A DNA stretch of 64,000 bases. Origin: Escherichia phage 232Ecol030PP. The DNA is taken from sequence record PP355090.1, one strand, 5' to 3'. The notes under the pieces were generated by a model. That model did no database searches and was not told the origin of the DNA. It worked only from the letters and a program-made list of their open reading frames with translations. This document shows positions 38,560 to 49,039 of this stretch, one piece after another (positions within the stretch are counted from its first letter, which is position 1; each line of letters opens with the position of its first letter). The position numbers were made by a program, and so were the translations under genes.

Positions 38560-40125
38560 ATGACTATCAAAACTAAAGCTGAACTTTTGAACAAATGGAA
38601 GCCATTACTGGAAGGTGAAGGTTTACCGGAAATTGCTAATAGCAAACAAGCGATTATCGCTAAAATCTTTGAAAACCAGGAAAAAGATTTCCAGACAGCT
38701 CCGGAATATAAAGACGAAAAAATTGCTCAGGCATTCGGTTCTTTCTTAACAGAAGCTGAAATCGGTGGTGACCACGGTTACAATGCTACCAACATCGCTG
38801 CAGGTCAGACTTCTGGAGCAGTAACTCAGATTGGCCCAGCTGTTATGGGTATGGTACGTCGTGCTATTCCTAACCTGATTGCTTTCGATATTTGTGGTGT
38901 TCAGCCAATGAACAGCCCGACTGGCCAGGTATTCGCACTGCGCGCAGTATATGGTAAAGACCCAATCGCTTCCGGTGCTAAAGAAGCATTCCACCCAATG
39001 TATGGTCCAGATGCAATGTTCTCTGGTCAGGGTGCTGCTAAGAAATTCGCTGCTTTGAAAGCAAGTGATACTCTTGAAGTCGGAACTATTTACACTCACT
39101 TCTTCCAGGAAACTGGTACAGTATATCTGCAAGCTACAGCAGCTAAACAAATTAATTCAGGCGCATCTGACGCAGACAAATTAGATGCTGAAATTAAGAA
39201 ACAAATGGAAGCTGGTGTACTGGTAGAAATCGCTGAAGGTATGGCTACTTCTATCGCTGAACTTCAAGAAGGTTTTAACGGTTCTACCGATAACCCGTGG
39301 AATGAAATGGGCTTCCGTATCGATAAACAAGTTATCGAAGCTAAATCTCGTCAGCTGAAAGCTGCTTACTCTATTGAATTAGCACAAGACCTCCGCGCTG
39401 TTCACGGTATGGATGCTGATGCTGAACTGTCTGGTATTCTGGCTACAGAAATTATGCTGGAAATCAACCGTGAAGTTGTTGATTGGATTAACTACTCCGC
39501 TCAGGTTGGTAAATCTGGTATGACCCTGACTCCGGGTTCTAAAGCTGGTGTATTTGACTTCCAGGACCCAATCGATATTCGTGGTGCTCGCTGGGCAGGT
39601 GAATCCTTTAAAGCTCTGTTGTTCCAGATTGACAAAGAAGCAGTTGAAATTGCTCGTCAGACTGGTCGCGGCGAAGGTAACTTCATTATCGCTTCCCGTA
39701 ACGTAGTTAACGTTCTGGCTTCAGTTGATACCGGCATTTCTTATGCTGCACAAGGTCTGGCTACTGGCTTTAACACTGATACTACCAAGTCAGTATTTGC
39801 TGGTGTTCTGGGTGGTAAATACCGTGTATATATCGACCAGTATGCTAAACAGGATTATTTCACCGTAGGTTATAAAGGTCCGAACGAAATGGATGCTGGT
39901 ATTTACTATGCTCCATATGTAGCTCTGACTCCGCTGCGTGGTTCTGATCCGAAGAACTTCCAACCGGTAATGGGATTCAAAACTCGTTACGGTATCGGTA
40001 TCAACCCATTTGCAGAATCCGCTGCTCAGGCTCCGGCTTCTCGCATCCAGAGCGGTATGCCTTCTATTCTGAATAGCCTTGGTAAAAACGCTTACTTTAG
40101 ACGTGTATATGTTAAAGGTATCTAA
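38560..40125 (+). CDS. 23: Major capsid protein gp23
   Basis: 521 aa. Confidence 0.97.
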   Translation: MTIKTKAELLNKWKPLLEGEGLPEIANSKQAIIAKIFENQEKDFQTAPEYKDEKIAQAFGSFLTEAEIGGDHGYNATNIAAGQTSGAVTQIGPAVMGMVRRAIPNLIAFDICGVQPMNSPTGQVFALRAVYGKDPIASGAKEAFHPMYGPDAMFSGQGAAKKFAALKASDTLEVGTIYTHFFQETGTVYLQATAAKQINSGASDADKLDAEIKKQMEAGVLVEIAEGMATSIAELQEGFNGSTDNPWNEMGFRIDKQVIEAKSRQLKAAYSIELAQDLRAVHGMDADAELSGILATEIMLEINREVVDWINYSAQVGKSGMTLTPGSKAGVFDFQDPIDIRGARWAGESFKALLFQIDKEAVEIARQTGRGEGNFIIASRNVVNVLASVDTGISYAAQGLATGFNTDTTKSVFAGVLGGKYRVYIDQYAKQDYFTVGYKGPNEMDAGIYYAPYVALTPLRGSDPKNFQPVMGFKTRYGIGINPFAESAAQAPASRIQSGMPSILNSLGKNAYFRRVYVKGI

Positions 40126-40139
40126 TCTTTGACGATTTA

Positions 40140-40168
40140 AGGGACCTTCGGGTCCCTTTAGTTGTTTT
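40140..40168 (+). terminator. Rho-independent terminator after gene 23
   Basis: GGGACC-TTCG-GGTCCC followed by TTTAGTTGTTTTT. Confidence 0.7.
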
Positions 40169-40172
40169 TATG

Positions 40173-40180
40173 GTATAAAT
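40173..40180 (+). promoter_or_regulatory. Late promoter TATAAATA for gene 24
   Basis: exact TATAAATA 29 nt upstream of the gene 24 ATG. Confidence 0.6.
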
Positions 40181-40208
40181 AAATCATATAAACCAAAAGG
40201 AAAGCGCA

Positions 40209-41492
40209 ATGGCTAAAATCAACGAACTTCTGCGCGAATCAACCACAACGAATAGCAACTCAATCGGTCGCCCAAATCTCGTTGCTTTGACTCGCGCTAC
40301 CACTAAATTAATATATTCTGACATTGTAGCAACGCAAAGAACTAATCAACCTGTTGCTGCTTTTTATGGTATCAAATACCTTAACCCGGATAACGAATTT
40401 ACATTTAAAACTGGTGCTACTTACGCTGGCGAAGCTGGGTATGTAGACCGAGAACAAATCACAGAATTAACAGAAGAGTCTAAATTAACTCTCAATAAAG
40501 GCGATTTATTCAAATATAATAATATCGTTTATAAAGTATTAGAAGATACACCATTTGCTGATATTGAAGAAAGCGATTTAGAATTAGCTCTTCAGATTGC
40601 AATCGTTCTTTTAAAGGTTCGTCTATTTTCTGATGCTGCAGTAACAAGCAAATTTGAAAACTCTGATAGCGAAATTGCGGATGCTAGATTCCAGATTAAT
40701 AAATGGCAAACCGCAGTTAAATCTCGTAAACTTAAAACTGGCATCACAGTTGAATTAGCACAAGATTTAGAAGCAAACGGATTCGATGCTCCTAATTTCT
40801 TGGAAGATTTGCTTGCAACTGAAATGGCGGATGAAATCAATAAAGATATTCTGCAGTCTTTGATTACAGTATCAAAACGCTATAAAGTTACAGGAATTAC
40901 TGATACTGGATTCATTGATTTGAGTTATGCATCTGCACCTGAAGCTGGTCGTTCATTATACCGAATGGTGTGTGAAATGGTTTCACATATCCAGAAAGAA
41001 TCAACTTATACAGCAACGTTCTGTGTTGCTTCAGCTCGTGCCGCTGCGATTCTTGCTGCATCAGGTTGGTTAAAACATAAACCAGAAGATGACAAATATC
41101 TTTCACAAAATGCCTACGGGTTCTTAGCTAATGGTTTACCGCTTTATTGCGATACCAACAGTCCATTAGATTATGTAATCGTTGGCGTAGTAGAAAATAT
41201 TGGTGAAAAAGAAATTGTTGGATCAATTTTCTATGCTCCGTATACAGAAGGTCTTGACTTAGATGACCCTGAACATGTAGGTGCATTTAAAGTTGTAGTT
41301 GATCCAGAAAGTTTGCAGCCATCTATCGGTTTATTAGTTAGATATGCTTTATCTGCAAATCCTTACACTGTAGCAAAAGATGAAAAAGAAGCAAGAGTAA
41401 TTGATGGTGGAGATATGGATAAAATGGCGGGTCGTTCAGATTTGTCTGTTTTATTAGGTGTTAAGCTACCAAAAATTATCATTGATGAATAA
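40209..41492 (+). CDS. 24: Capsid vertex protein gp24
   Basis: 427 aa, paralog of gp23. Confidence 0.95.
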   Translation: MAKINELLRESTTTNSNSIGRPNLVALTRATTKLIYSDIVATQRTNQPVAAFYGIKYLNPDNEFTFKTGATYAGEAGYVDREQITELTEESKLTLNKGDLFKYNNIVYKVLEDTPFADIEESDLELALQIAIVLLKVRLFSDAAVTSKFENSDSEIADARFQINKWQTAVKSRKLKTGITVELAQDLEANGFDAPNFLEDLLATEMADEINKDILQSLITVSKRYKVTGITDTGFIDLSYASAPEAGRSLYRMVCEMVSHIQKESTYTATFCVASARAAAILAASGWLKHKPEDDKYLSQNAYGFLANGLPLYCDTNSPLDYVIVGVVENIGEKEIVGSIFYAPYTEGLDLDDPEHVGAFKVVVDPESLQPSIGLLVRYALSANPYTVAKDEKEARVIDGGDMDKMAGRSDLSVLLGVKLPKIIIDE

Positions 41493-41498
41493 AACAAA

Positions 41499-41520
41499 GG
41501 GACCGAAAGGTCCCTTTTTA
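41499..41520. terminator. Bidirectional terminator between gene 24 (+) and rnlB (-)
   Basis: GGGACCGAAAGGTCCC flanked by T-tracts on both strands. Confidence 0.65.
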
Positions 41521-41521
41521 T

Positions 41522-42526
41522 TTAACTTACCAATTCAATCCAAGCCGGACGAAGTACATCTTGTACCATTTTAACTAATTCCTTCTTAATCAAAGAAGGA
41601 TTATCCGCTTGAGTTAGAGTAATACCTTCACGAGAAGTTTCTTCCAAAATATCTTGAACAGTTAGCCCCATCACCTTTCCAAAATCTTTTGGACCAATTT
41701 CACCAATTTTAGAAATAACGTTATTTACTCGGTTCAGTGTAACGTAACAAGCTAAAATTCCAACCAATTTGTTATCAGCTTCTGACAGTTCAACTTTAGC
41801 TTTAATAGGCTTATCAGACTTTTTCTTTTCACTAAATTTGGAATTCTTGCATTTGATGGCTACACGATTTCCATTATGAAGCCAAGAAGGATAACAAGGT
41901 TTCAATACATATCCTTCAGCGGTAAATACTTCGCCTTTGGCTTCAGCTTTCCAAACACATTTGTTAGCGTCAACTAATCCTGCATGGTCTACTGTAAAAT
42001 TATAATCTTGGACGACAGAATCTAAATCATTTGGCAATTTAATAAGCTCTTCAAATTTACCGCGACCTAAAAGTGGAGCCATTTTAAATTTAAATGTATT
42101 ACAAAATGATTCCATCATATAATCATCGACATAAGTCACATCACCACTTTCTGTAGTGACAATAATGTCAAATACATAAAAATCTTTATCGCCATAATCG
42201 ACATTCTTCTGAATGCCAGGTCCAGCGAATTCGCCAAAGACTTGATAAGATACAACCGCTGAGGTTTCCATAATATCTTGTACTGCTTTAATAGAATCTT
42301 CGTAATTCTTTAGAATAATTTCATACCCAAAGAAATCTTCAGCAGGAAGAATTGGTCCAGTACGTTTAGCGCAAGTTACTTTATCACGCTCAATAATCAA
42401 TGAGAAATTTGTGCCGTGAATCTTTTCACGAGCTACCCACTCCCCACCAGTCAATCCCAAGCTATAAAGTTTTTCAATAAATTTAGAGTTGTAATGATTT
42501 TCAAGACTGCTATACTTTTTAAACAT
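41522..42526 (-). CDS. rnlB: RNA ligase 2
   Basis: 334 aa; lysine-nucleotidyltransferase motif KIHGTN; T4 Rnl2 length. Confidence 0.92.
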   Translation of the reverse strand: MFKKYSSLENHYNSKFIEKLYSLGLTGGEWVAREKIHGTNFSLIIERDKVTCAKRTGPILPAEDFFGYEIILKNYEDSIKAVQDIMETSAVVSYQVFGEFAGPGIQKNVDYGDKDFYVFDIIVTTESGDVTYVDDYMMESFCNTFKFKMAPLLGRGKFEELIKLPNDLDSVVQDYNFTVDHAGLVDANKCVWKAEAKGEVFTAEGYVLKPCYPSWLHNGNRVAIKCKNSKFSEKKKSDKPIKAKVELSEADNKLVGILACYVTLNRVNNVISKIGEIGPKDFGKVMGLTVQDILEETSREGITLTQADNPSLIKKELVKMVQDVLRPAWIELVS

Positions 42527-42535
42527 AATTAATCC

Positions 42536-42814
42536 TCAAAATGTAATTTCTAACCAATCACCATCACGCTGATCACTATTGACTTTAAAGCTGAATCCTT
42601 CTTTTCTCAGCCAATCACCAATTTCTTCAGTAATCAATTTATCACGAGCAATACAATAATAACTAAAATGTGTTTTACCTTGTTCAGCTGCTTTATTAGC
42701 AAGTTCCGAAAAATCTTTAATAAAACACTCTAGCTTAAACTGTTTACTTTTAAGTGCTTTTTCGCGCAATTGATTAGCAAAAGATTCATTTTCATAAAGA
42801 TCATACTGTTCCAT
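42536..42814 (-). CDS. Hypothetical protein (24.2 position)
   Basis: 92 aa ORF. Confidence 0.7.
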   Translation of the reverse strand: MEQYDLYENESFANQLREKALKSKQFKLECFIKDFSELANKAAEQGKTHFSYYCIARDKLITEEIGDWLRKEGFSFKVNSDQRDGDWLEITF

Positions 42815-43016
42815 TTTTCACCTTTTTATTGATATGTCTTTTTCTATAGACGACTTTTTCTCGAGTTTCAAATTTATTTTTAGCAGTCATAGCTCGAGCC
42901 CATAATACAGCCACTTCTTTTGCCTGTAAGTTTAATTCACGAGCAATTTCAATGAATGACTTTCCAGACTCATGAAGAGTAAACACCACAACCTCAGTTC
43001 TCATAATCAATCTCAT
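42801..43016 (-). CDS. Hypothetical protein (24.3 position)
   Basis: 71 aa basic ORF. Confidence 0.65.
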   Translation of the reverse strand: MRLIMRTEVVVFTLHESGKSFIEIARELNLQAKEVAVLWARAMTAKNKFETREKVVYRKRHINKKVKNGTV

Positions 43017-43083
43017 GTTATCGAGTTGATGCCATTATATACATCATTTTCTGAGTATGTTTTGTGTGCTTTCAAAATGAAGA

Positions 43084-43099
43084 AAGGGGCCGAAGCCCC
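43084..43099 (-). terminator. Terminator hairpin after hoc
   Basis: minus strand AGGGGC-TTCG-GCCCCT followed by TTCTTCATTTTG. Confidence 0.6.
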
Positions 43100-43111
43100 T
43101 TATGATTATGA

Positions 43112-44530
43112 TTATGGATAGGTATAGATGATACCAGTTTCTAAAGCAGTTTTATGAATGATGTATCCATTACGCGATTCTTGAACATCAACTTCTGGAT
43201 AGTCTTTCATCATCTTCTGAAGAGTGTAACGATGTAGGTAATATTTACTATCTGGGTCGTCAGTTTTCCAATCTTTACCTTCTTCGGTCATTTTTTGGAT
43301 TTCATCCATAACCCACCAACCGCACCAGATATAAGCTGAAGTACGATGTGGAAGAGGATGAACATAAGGTAGTTCACCTTCTGGTTCTGGAGCAACTTTA
43401 TCAGTTACCTGAACTTGACCTTCTGCTGTAATAGTTTTGCTATCGTAATCAGTTGCAGTAACGACAGCAGTAACTTCAATAGTTTGACTTCCAACAGATG
43501 AGGTATCGACAGTATATACGTTAGTTGACCCTTCTACAGGAGAAGAATCTTTCTTCCATGAGTAAGTAATTTGTGCTTCTTCTGGAGCACCCGTAACATT
43601 AGCCGTAAATGTAGCCGAAGCATCTTGCTGAACATTAATAGAAGGAGGAGTCAATGTAACCTGTGGATTCATTGTCTTCTTATTAACTGTCAATGATACT
43701 TCATTAGAAGTAACTTCCTTTTCATTGTAATTTTCAGCAGTTACTTGGGCTACGCATTTAATTCTTTTTACTCCACTTGTAGTTGGAGTATAGCTAAATG
43801 TAGAGTTAGTTTCTCCACCAACTTGTGAATCATCTACATACCACTGATACGTAGCAGACGCTCCATCAGGTTGAGAAGCTAAGGCAGCAGTAAATTGAAC
43901 TGGGGTTCCGATTACTCCCGCTGGAGGACTATCAGGAGTTACTGCCAAAGTAGTTGTCTGCTCCTTTTTATTAACAGTCAGTGATACTTCATTCGAAGTA
44001 ACTTCCTTTGTATCATAATCTGTCGCGGTTACTTGAGCTACGCACTTAATTGTTTTAACTCCGCTTGCGTCAGGAGTGTAATTGAATGTAGTGCTAGTTG
44101 CTTCGCCCACAGGAGAACCGTCAACGTACCATTGATACGTAGCGTTTGCACCTGATGGCTGTGAAGCTAAGGCAGCGGTAAATTCAATTGGAGTTCCAAT
44201 CACTCCAGCATCAGGGCTACCAGGAGTTACTGCCAAAGTAGTTGTTTGTGTCTTATTTTGAACTGTGATAGTTGTACTAATTTCAGCTGTTTCAGGTTCA
44301 GATTCTGCAACTTGATTGGTTGCAACTACTTTAATAGTCTTTTGACCGGCAGGTCCTTTTAGTACATAACTAAAAGTTGCTGACGTTTCTTCCTGTGGAG
44401 CGTCGTCTACAGTCCAAGCATATGTAATAGGTCCATCTCCAGTTTGACCACTGGGTGCAGCAGTAAACTGCTGAGTCTGATCTATAACTCCAGTAGGTGT
44501 TTTAGGAGTTATATCAACTGTAAAAGCCAT
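43112..44530 (-). CDS. hoc: Highly immunogenic outer capsid protein Hoc, with an extra Ig-like domain
   Basis: 472 aa; four tandem Ig-like modules plus C-terminal domain; modules 2 and 3 are near-duplicates. Confidence 0.9.
   Translation of the reverse strand: MAFTVDITPKTPTGVIDQTQQFTAAPSGQTGDGPITYAWTVDDAPQEETSATFSYVLKGPAGQKTIKVVATNQVAESEPETAEISTTITVQNKTQTTTLAVTPGSPDAGVIGTPIEFTAALASQPSGANATYQWYVDGSPVGEATSTTFNYTPDASGVKTIKCVAQVTATDYDTKEVTSNEVSLTVNKKEQTTTLAVTPDSPPAGVIGTPVQFTAALASQPDGASATYQWYVDDSQVGGETNSTFSYTPTTSGVKRIKCVAQVTAENYNEKEVTSNEVSLTVNKKTMNPQVTLTPPSINVQQDASATFTANVTGAPEEAQITYSWKKDSSPVEGSTNVYTVDTSSVGSQTIEVTAVVTATDYDSKTITAEGQVQVTDKVAPEPEGELPYVHPLPHRTSAYIWCGWWVMDEIQKMTEEGKDWKTDDPDSKYYLHRYTLQKMMKDYPEVDVQESRNGYIIHKTALETGIIYTYP
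43661..44248. repeat. Intragenic tandem duplication (~294 bp x 2, roughly 80% identical) encoding two Ig-like domains of Hoc
   Basis: protein segments TTTLAVTPGSPDAGVIGTPIEF...SLTVNKKEQ and TTTLAVTPDSPPAGVIGTPVQF...SLTVNKKTM; matching DNA blocks visible by eye. Confidence 0.8.
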
Positions 44531-44539
44531 AAGTTATCC

Positions 44540-45220
44540 TTATTTTAATGTTACGAAAGAAGAATTACGTGTTTCACGAATTAGAACTGATCCGTCACGA
44601 TTAATGTAGTAAATTAAGCTAAATAAAGTTTGGTGTGCTGACGCATGTTCAAAACTAGTTGGGTGAGATTTCCAATCTGGGGTTTCAGCAATCCATTGAT
44701 AAATCCACCAAGGAACAGTGCAGAATCCTGGATTTTTTCCAATCAGCTGAAGATTCGGACTAAAGTTTTCCGGAAGAGTAAATACAGACGGCTTTTCAGA
44801 TTCAATAATCTCAGCTACAGCCTGTTCGAATTTTTCTTCAACAAAAGGAGTATCTTCAATTAAAACAGTGGTATTTTCAGGAATTTTATCCGTTTCTACT
44901 ACTTCAATTTTAATGTCAGATTTAACCGGAGAATCAATCAGAAGTGCTGCCTCTGGATTGACTTCTTCATCGTCATATTTTAATCCGTCTGCGGCATCAG
45001 CAGCATCAATTAAGTCTTTAATAGATAACCCATCAGTCTCTGGCATAGGTTCACTAGCGAGCTTCTGGAGAGCTTCTTCAATATCATTAACGATATTATC
45101 AAAAGATTTATTCTTTTTGACCTTTATACCAAACTGTTCAGCATATTCAGCTAATTTAGCTTTAGCTTCTTTATTATCATCAAGAGCCTTCAGCTCTGCA
45201 ATATAATCTTTATCTATCAT
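44540..45220 (-). CDS. inh: Inhibitor of prohead protease
   Basis: 226 aa; position between hoc and uvsW. Confidence 0.85.
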   Translation of the reverse strand: MIDKDYIAELKALDDNKEAKAKLAEYAEQFGIKVKKNKSFDNIVNDIEEALQKLASEPMPETDGLSIKDLIDAADAADGLKYDDEEVNPEAALLIDSPVKSDIKIEVVETDKIPENTTVLIEDTPFVEEKFEQAVAEIIESEKPSVFTLPENFSPNLQLIGKNPGFCTVPWWIYQWIAETPDWKSHPTSFEHASAHQTLFSLIYYINRDGSVLIRETRNSSFVTLK

Positions 45221-45233
45221 AATATTTCCTCAG

Positions 45234-45241
45234 TATAAATA
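45234..45241 (+). promoter_or_regulatory. Late promoter TATAAATA upstream of uvsW
   Basis: exact TATAAATA 30 nt upstream of the uvsW ATG. Confidence 0.5.
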
Positions 45242-45270
45242 TAGATATATTTATTACATGGTATTTAGAC

Positions 45271-46782
45271 ATGACTGACATTAAAGTACATTTTTATGAT
45301 TTTAGTCACGTGAGAATTGATTGCGAAGAAAGTACATTTCATGAACTCCGTGATTTCTTTAGCTTTGAAGCTGATGGGTATCGTTTTAATCCGAAGTACA
45401 AATATGGCCACTGGGATGGACGAATTCGTCTTTTAGATTATAATCGCCTTCTTCCATTCGGTTTAGTCGGGCAAATTAAAAAGTTCTGCGATAACTTTGG
45501 CTATAAAGCCTGGATTGACCCGCAAATTAACGAAAAAGAAGAATTATCAAGAAAAGATTTTGATGAATGGCTTTCTAAATTAGAAATCTATTCAGGAAAT
45601 AAAAGAATTGAACCGCACTGGTATCAAAAAGATGCAGTGTTCGAAGGATTAGTTAATCGTCGTAGAATTCTTAATCTTCCAACATCTGCAGGTAAATCTT
45701 TAATTCAAGCTTTGCTTGCGCGATATTATTTGGAAAATTATGAAGGTAAAATTCTTATCATTGTTCCAACAACTGCTTTAACAACTCAGATGGCTGATGA
45801 CTTCGTTGACTATCGTTTATTCAGTCATGCAATGATAAAGAAAATCGGTGGAGGAGCATCAAAAGATGATAAATATAAAAATGATGCACCAGTCGTTGTT
45901 GGTACATGGCAAACTGTAGTAAAACAACCGAAAGAATGGTTCTCACAGTTTGGAATGATGATGAATGATGAATGCCATCTTGCTACAGGAAAAAGTATTT
46001 CATCCATCATATCAGGTTTAAATAACTGCATGTTCAAATTCGGTTTGTCTGGTTCATTACGTGATGGCAAAGCTAATATCATGCAGTATGTTGGAATGTT
46101 CGGTGAAATATTTAAGCCAGTAACGACCTCTAAATTAATGGAAGATGGACAAGTAACTGAGTTAAAAATTAATAGTATTTTTCTTCGCTATCCCGATGAG
46201 TTCACTACTAAATTAAAGGGAAAAACTTACCAAGAAGAAATAAAAATTATTACTGGGCTTAGTAAAAGAAATAAATGGATCGCTAAATTAGCTATTAAGC
46301 TTGCACAAAAAGATGAAAACGCTTTTGTCATGTTTAAACACGTATCGCACGGTAAAGCTATTTTCGATTTAATTAAAAATGAATACGATAAAGTTTATTA
46401 CGTATCAGGGGAAGTTGATACCGAAACCCGCAATATAATGAAAACCTTAGCTGAAAACGGTAAAGGAATAATTATAGTAGCTAGTTATGGTGTATTTTCT
46501 ACTGGTATTTCAGTTAAAAATCTGCATCACGTTGTTTTAGCACACGGTGTTAAATCTAAAATTATTGTATTGCAAACAATAGGTCGCGTATTACGTAAAC
46601 ATGGTTCTAAAACAATCGCAACAGTCTGGGACCTCATAGATGACTGTGGTGTCAAGCCAAAATCTGCTAATACTAAAAAGAAATATGTTCACTTGAACTA
46701 TCTTTTAAAACACGGCATTGATCGTATTCAGCGCTACGCAGATGAAAAATTTAATTACGTAATGAAAACAGTTAATTTATAA
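45271..46782 (+). CDS. uvsW: UvsW helicase (SF2 ATP-dependent DNA/RNA helicase)
   Basis: 503 aa; Walker A PTSAGKS; DECH box MMNDECHL. Confidence 0.93.
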   Translation: MTDIKVHFYDFSHVRIDCEESTFHELRDFFSFEADGYRFNPKYKYGHWDGRIRLLDYNRLLPFGLVGQIKKFCDNFGYKAWIDPQINEKEELSRKDFDEWLSKLEIYSGNKRIEPHWYQKDAVFEGLVNRRRILNLPTSAGKSLIQALLARYYLENYEGKILIIVPTTALTTQMADDFVDYRLFSHAMIKKIGGGASKDDKYKNDAPVVVGTWQTVVKQPKEWFSQFGMMMNDECHLATGKSISSIISGLNNCMFKFGLSGSLRDGKANIMQYVGMFGEIFKPVTTSKLMEDGQVTELKINSIFLRYPDEFTTKLKGKTYQEEIKIITGLSKRNKWIAKLAIKLAQKDENAFVMFKHVSHGKAIFDLIKNEYDKVYYVSGEVDTETRNIMKTLAENGKGIIIVASYGVFSTGISVKNLHHVVLAHGVKSKIIVLQTIGRVLRKHGSKTIATVWDLIDDCGVKPKSANTKKKYVHLNYLLKHGIDRIQRYADEKFNYVMKTVNL

Positions 46783-46795
46783 GGGCTTCGGCCCT

Positions 46796-47038
46796 TTGGA
46801 GAAAAAGATGTTACTAGAATTTAAACAATTTCTTTATGAAGCTTCTATTGATGAATTTATGGGTAAAATTGCCTCTTGTCAAACATTAGAAGGTTTAGAA
46901 GAACTTGAAGCTTATTATAAGAAAAGAGTTAAAGAAACTGAATTAAAAGATACTGATGACATCTCAGTCAGAGATGCTTTGGCAGGAAAAAGAGCTGAAT
47001 TAGAAGATTCAGACGATGAAGTAGAAGAAAGCTTTTAA
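46796..47038 (+). CDS. uvsW.1: UvsW.1 small acidic protein
   Basis: 80 aa (possibly starts at MLLEF, 76 aa). Confidence 0.8.
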   Translation: MEKKMLLEFKQFLYEASIDEFMGKIASCQTLEGLEELEAYYKKRVKETELKDTDDISVRDALAGKRAELEDSDDEVEESF

Positions 47039-47093
47039 ATTAAAAAAGGCCCAACCAAAAAGGAAGGGCCAAAACTATAGACTAAAGGTCACA

Positions 47094-47261
47094 CTATAGC
47101 AAAAGTTGCGTTTCATTTAATTGTTCTTCCGAACTTTCTGAAACTGGTAGTTCTTTAATGTAATTATAGCAAGGCCCAGGATGTACAGGACCTTTGTCTG
47201 TTTCAACAACCAATGCAGAATCGATTGGAGTTTTACAGACAACACAAATCTTATCTGACAT
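47094..47261 (-). CDS. Small cysteine-containing protein (uvsY.-2 position); absent from ORF track because under 60 aa
   Basis: own translation MSDKICVVCKTPIDSALVVETDKGPVHPGPCYNYIKELPVSESSEEQLNETQLLL (55 aa). Confidence 0.5.
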   Translation of the reverse strand: MSDKICVVCKTPIDSALVVETDKGPVHPGPCYNYIKELPVSESSEEQLNETQLLL

Positions 47262-47289
47262 GATTGTCTCCTCTGAATTATATATCTAT

Positions 47290-47514
47290 TTATACAACTC
47301 TCATATGCATATCAATGCCCATATCTTTAGAATAAAAATATTCATCAAGATATCCGGCAAATTTTCCTTTAATATAAAGAACATCTTCACCGCACGGGTG
47401 GTCGGCCAGGATACGAATATCCTGACGCTTAAGATTATGCTTTTTCATTAAGAATTGAATTTCCGTTTCAAATTCTTCTTCATAATTAAAAGCATCATCA
47501 ATGCTATATCTCAT
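47290..47514 (-). CDS. Hypothetical protein (uvsY.-1 position)
   Basis: 74 aa ORF immediately downstream of uvsY. Confidence 0.7.
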   Translation of the reverse strand: MRYSIDDAFNYEEEFETEIQFLMKKHNLKRQDIRILADHPCGEDVLYIKGKFAGYLDEYFYSKDMGIDMHMRVV

Positions 47515-47927
47515 TATTTTCCAGCCTCAAATGCTCGCATGTCTTGAATATGCTTAATAGCAAATCCACGTGATTTAATAGCATCAAGAGCTCCGCTACA
47601 GAAATCTAATAAAATCCCCCAATACTGTAACGAGGTATCAACCTTTAAAACATCCTTATCAGCTGATAGAACTGTCTTCATTTCTGATTTCTCGTAACGA
47701 TCCATACTAAATTCATCACCATCTCCTCGTCCCGAGTAGTAGTCTAATTTAGCTTTAAGAGCAACTTTTTTCTGTGCATCAATTCTAAGCATTTCCTTTT
47801 TAATACTTGAATGCTTATTAAGCCATTTACTATATAACATCACATTATTAGCTGCTTCATACTGTAATTTAGTCGAATCTATAAATACATCTTTCTTCAA
47901 TTCTTCTTGAAGATCTTCTAATCTCAT
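47514..47927 (-). CDS. uvsY: Recombination mediator protein UvsY
   Basis: 137 aa. Confidence 0.92.
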   Translation of the reverse strand: MRLEDLQEELKKDVFIDSTKLQYEAANNVMLYSKWLNKHSSIKKEMLRIDAQKKVALKAKLDYYSGRGDGDEFSMDRYEKSEMKTVLSADKDVLKVDTSLQYWGILLDFCSGALDAIKSRGFAIKHIQDMRAFEAGK

Positions 47928-47993
47928 ATTGTTCTCTATTCAATTGTTATTGGATGGACTTAGATTCATTATACCACGTTTATACGTGAAGCA

Positions 47994-48392
47994 TTATACT
48001 CTATTACTGGAAGCCAGTTGTAGTTTTATTTGCTCAATATCATCAGGGTTATCGATGACTGAAAAGCGTATTTCTACTATCAAAGTATAATCATCATAAA
48101 CCGGTATTACATTAACTGCTAATTTATCAATACGTGGCTCATAGTTTCTTACTGCGCTTTCGATATTACGCTCAACCGTGTCAGCAGTAAGAGGAGTCAT
48201 ATTCTCAAAAAGTTGGTCAGATAAATCGCATCCAAATTCAGGGTCAAACGGTCTTGAACCTTTTCTTGTTGTAATAATTCCTAAAAGACTATTTTTAATT
48301 GACCTTAATCCAAGTGATCTTGAAACGTCTTTGTTCCAATCCATTTTCATCTCTGGGTCAATATCAGAATAAAGCTTATTAATATTTGCCAT
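47994..48392 (-). CDS. 25: Baseplate wedge protein gp25
   Basis: 132 aa. Confidence 0.93.
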   Translation of the reverse strand: MANINKLYSDIDPEMKMDWNKDVSRSLGLRSIKNSLLGIITTRKGSRPFDPEFGCDLSDQLFENMTPLTADTVERNIESAVRNYEPRIDKLAVNVIPVYDDYTLIVEIRFSVIDNPDDIEQIKLQLASSNRV

Positions 48393-49018
48393 TACAATAG
48401 CTCAAAGAATTCTTTGAGTCCTCTTATTACATGAGCGTGAGTTTTTCCACACTCTGGACATTTAATTGGAACAGCCAAATAAACAGTAGGCTTTAAAAGC
48501 ATATCTTTTATAGCTACAATATCTGACTCTGCGATGATAGAATATAAATCTTCCAGTTCTTTTTCATTTAAGTCTTCAACTGGAATGCTTTCACCGTTAG
48601 CATGAATCGTTTCTATACATGATACTATCATGTGGGCTATATTTTTATCATCAAAAATTTTAGGGTAATGGAATTTAATTTTAATGTCACCCAGTGTATA
48701 CCAGAGGTCTTCTGGTGCATCTATTTGTGTATGTAATAGATTTATATGGGTTGGTATTTCAGTTCCACAGGTGCACTTCCAGGAGTTTTCGTGATTAACT
48801 TCTCCAAGAGAATGCGCCCATAAATGAATCAGTAATAGTTCTGATTCTTGGCGGTTTAAATCTTTTGCATTTGTACAGTCTTTGATTAGCTTTTTAACAA
48901 TCTCTTCTACTGAACCATTCTTTTTAGCAGTAATAAGTTCTAGATATTCTTTAAGAGTAAATGCGCGACAGTTGATTATTTTAGAACCAACTCTCACATC
49001 AAATTTGTATTCATACAT
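48392..49018 (-). CDS. 26: Baseplate hub protein gp26
   Basis: 208 aa. Confidence 0.9.
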   Translation of the reverse strand: MYEYKFDVRVGSKIINCRAFTLKEYLELITAKKNGSVEEIVKKLIKDCTNAKDLNRQESELLLIHLWAHSLGEVNHENSWKCTCGTEIPTHINLLHTQIDAPEDLWYTLGDIKIKFHYPKIFDDKNIAHMIVSCIETIHANGESIPVEDLNEKELEDLYSIIAESDIVAIKDMLLKPTVYLAVPIKCPECGKTHAHVIRGLKEFFELL

Positions 49019-49039
49019 ATTTAGCTCCTTTATTTATCA

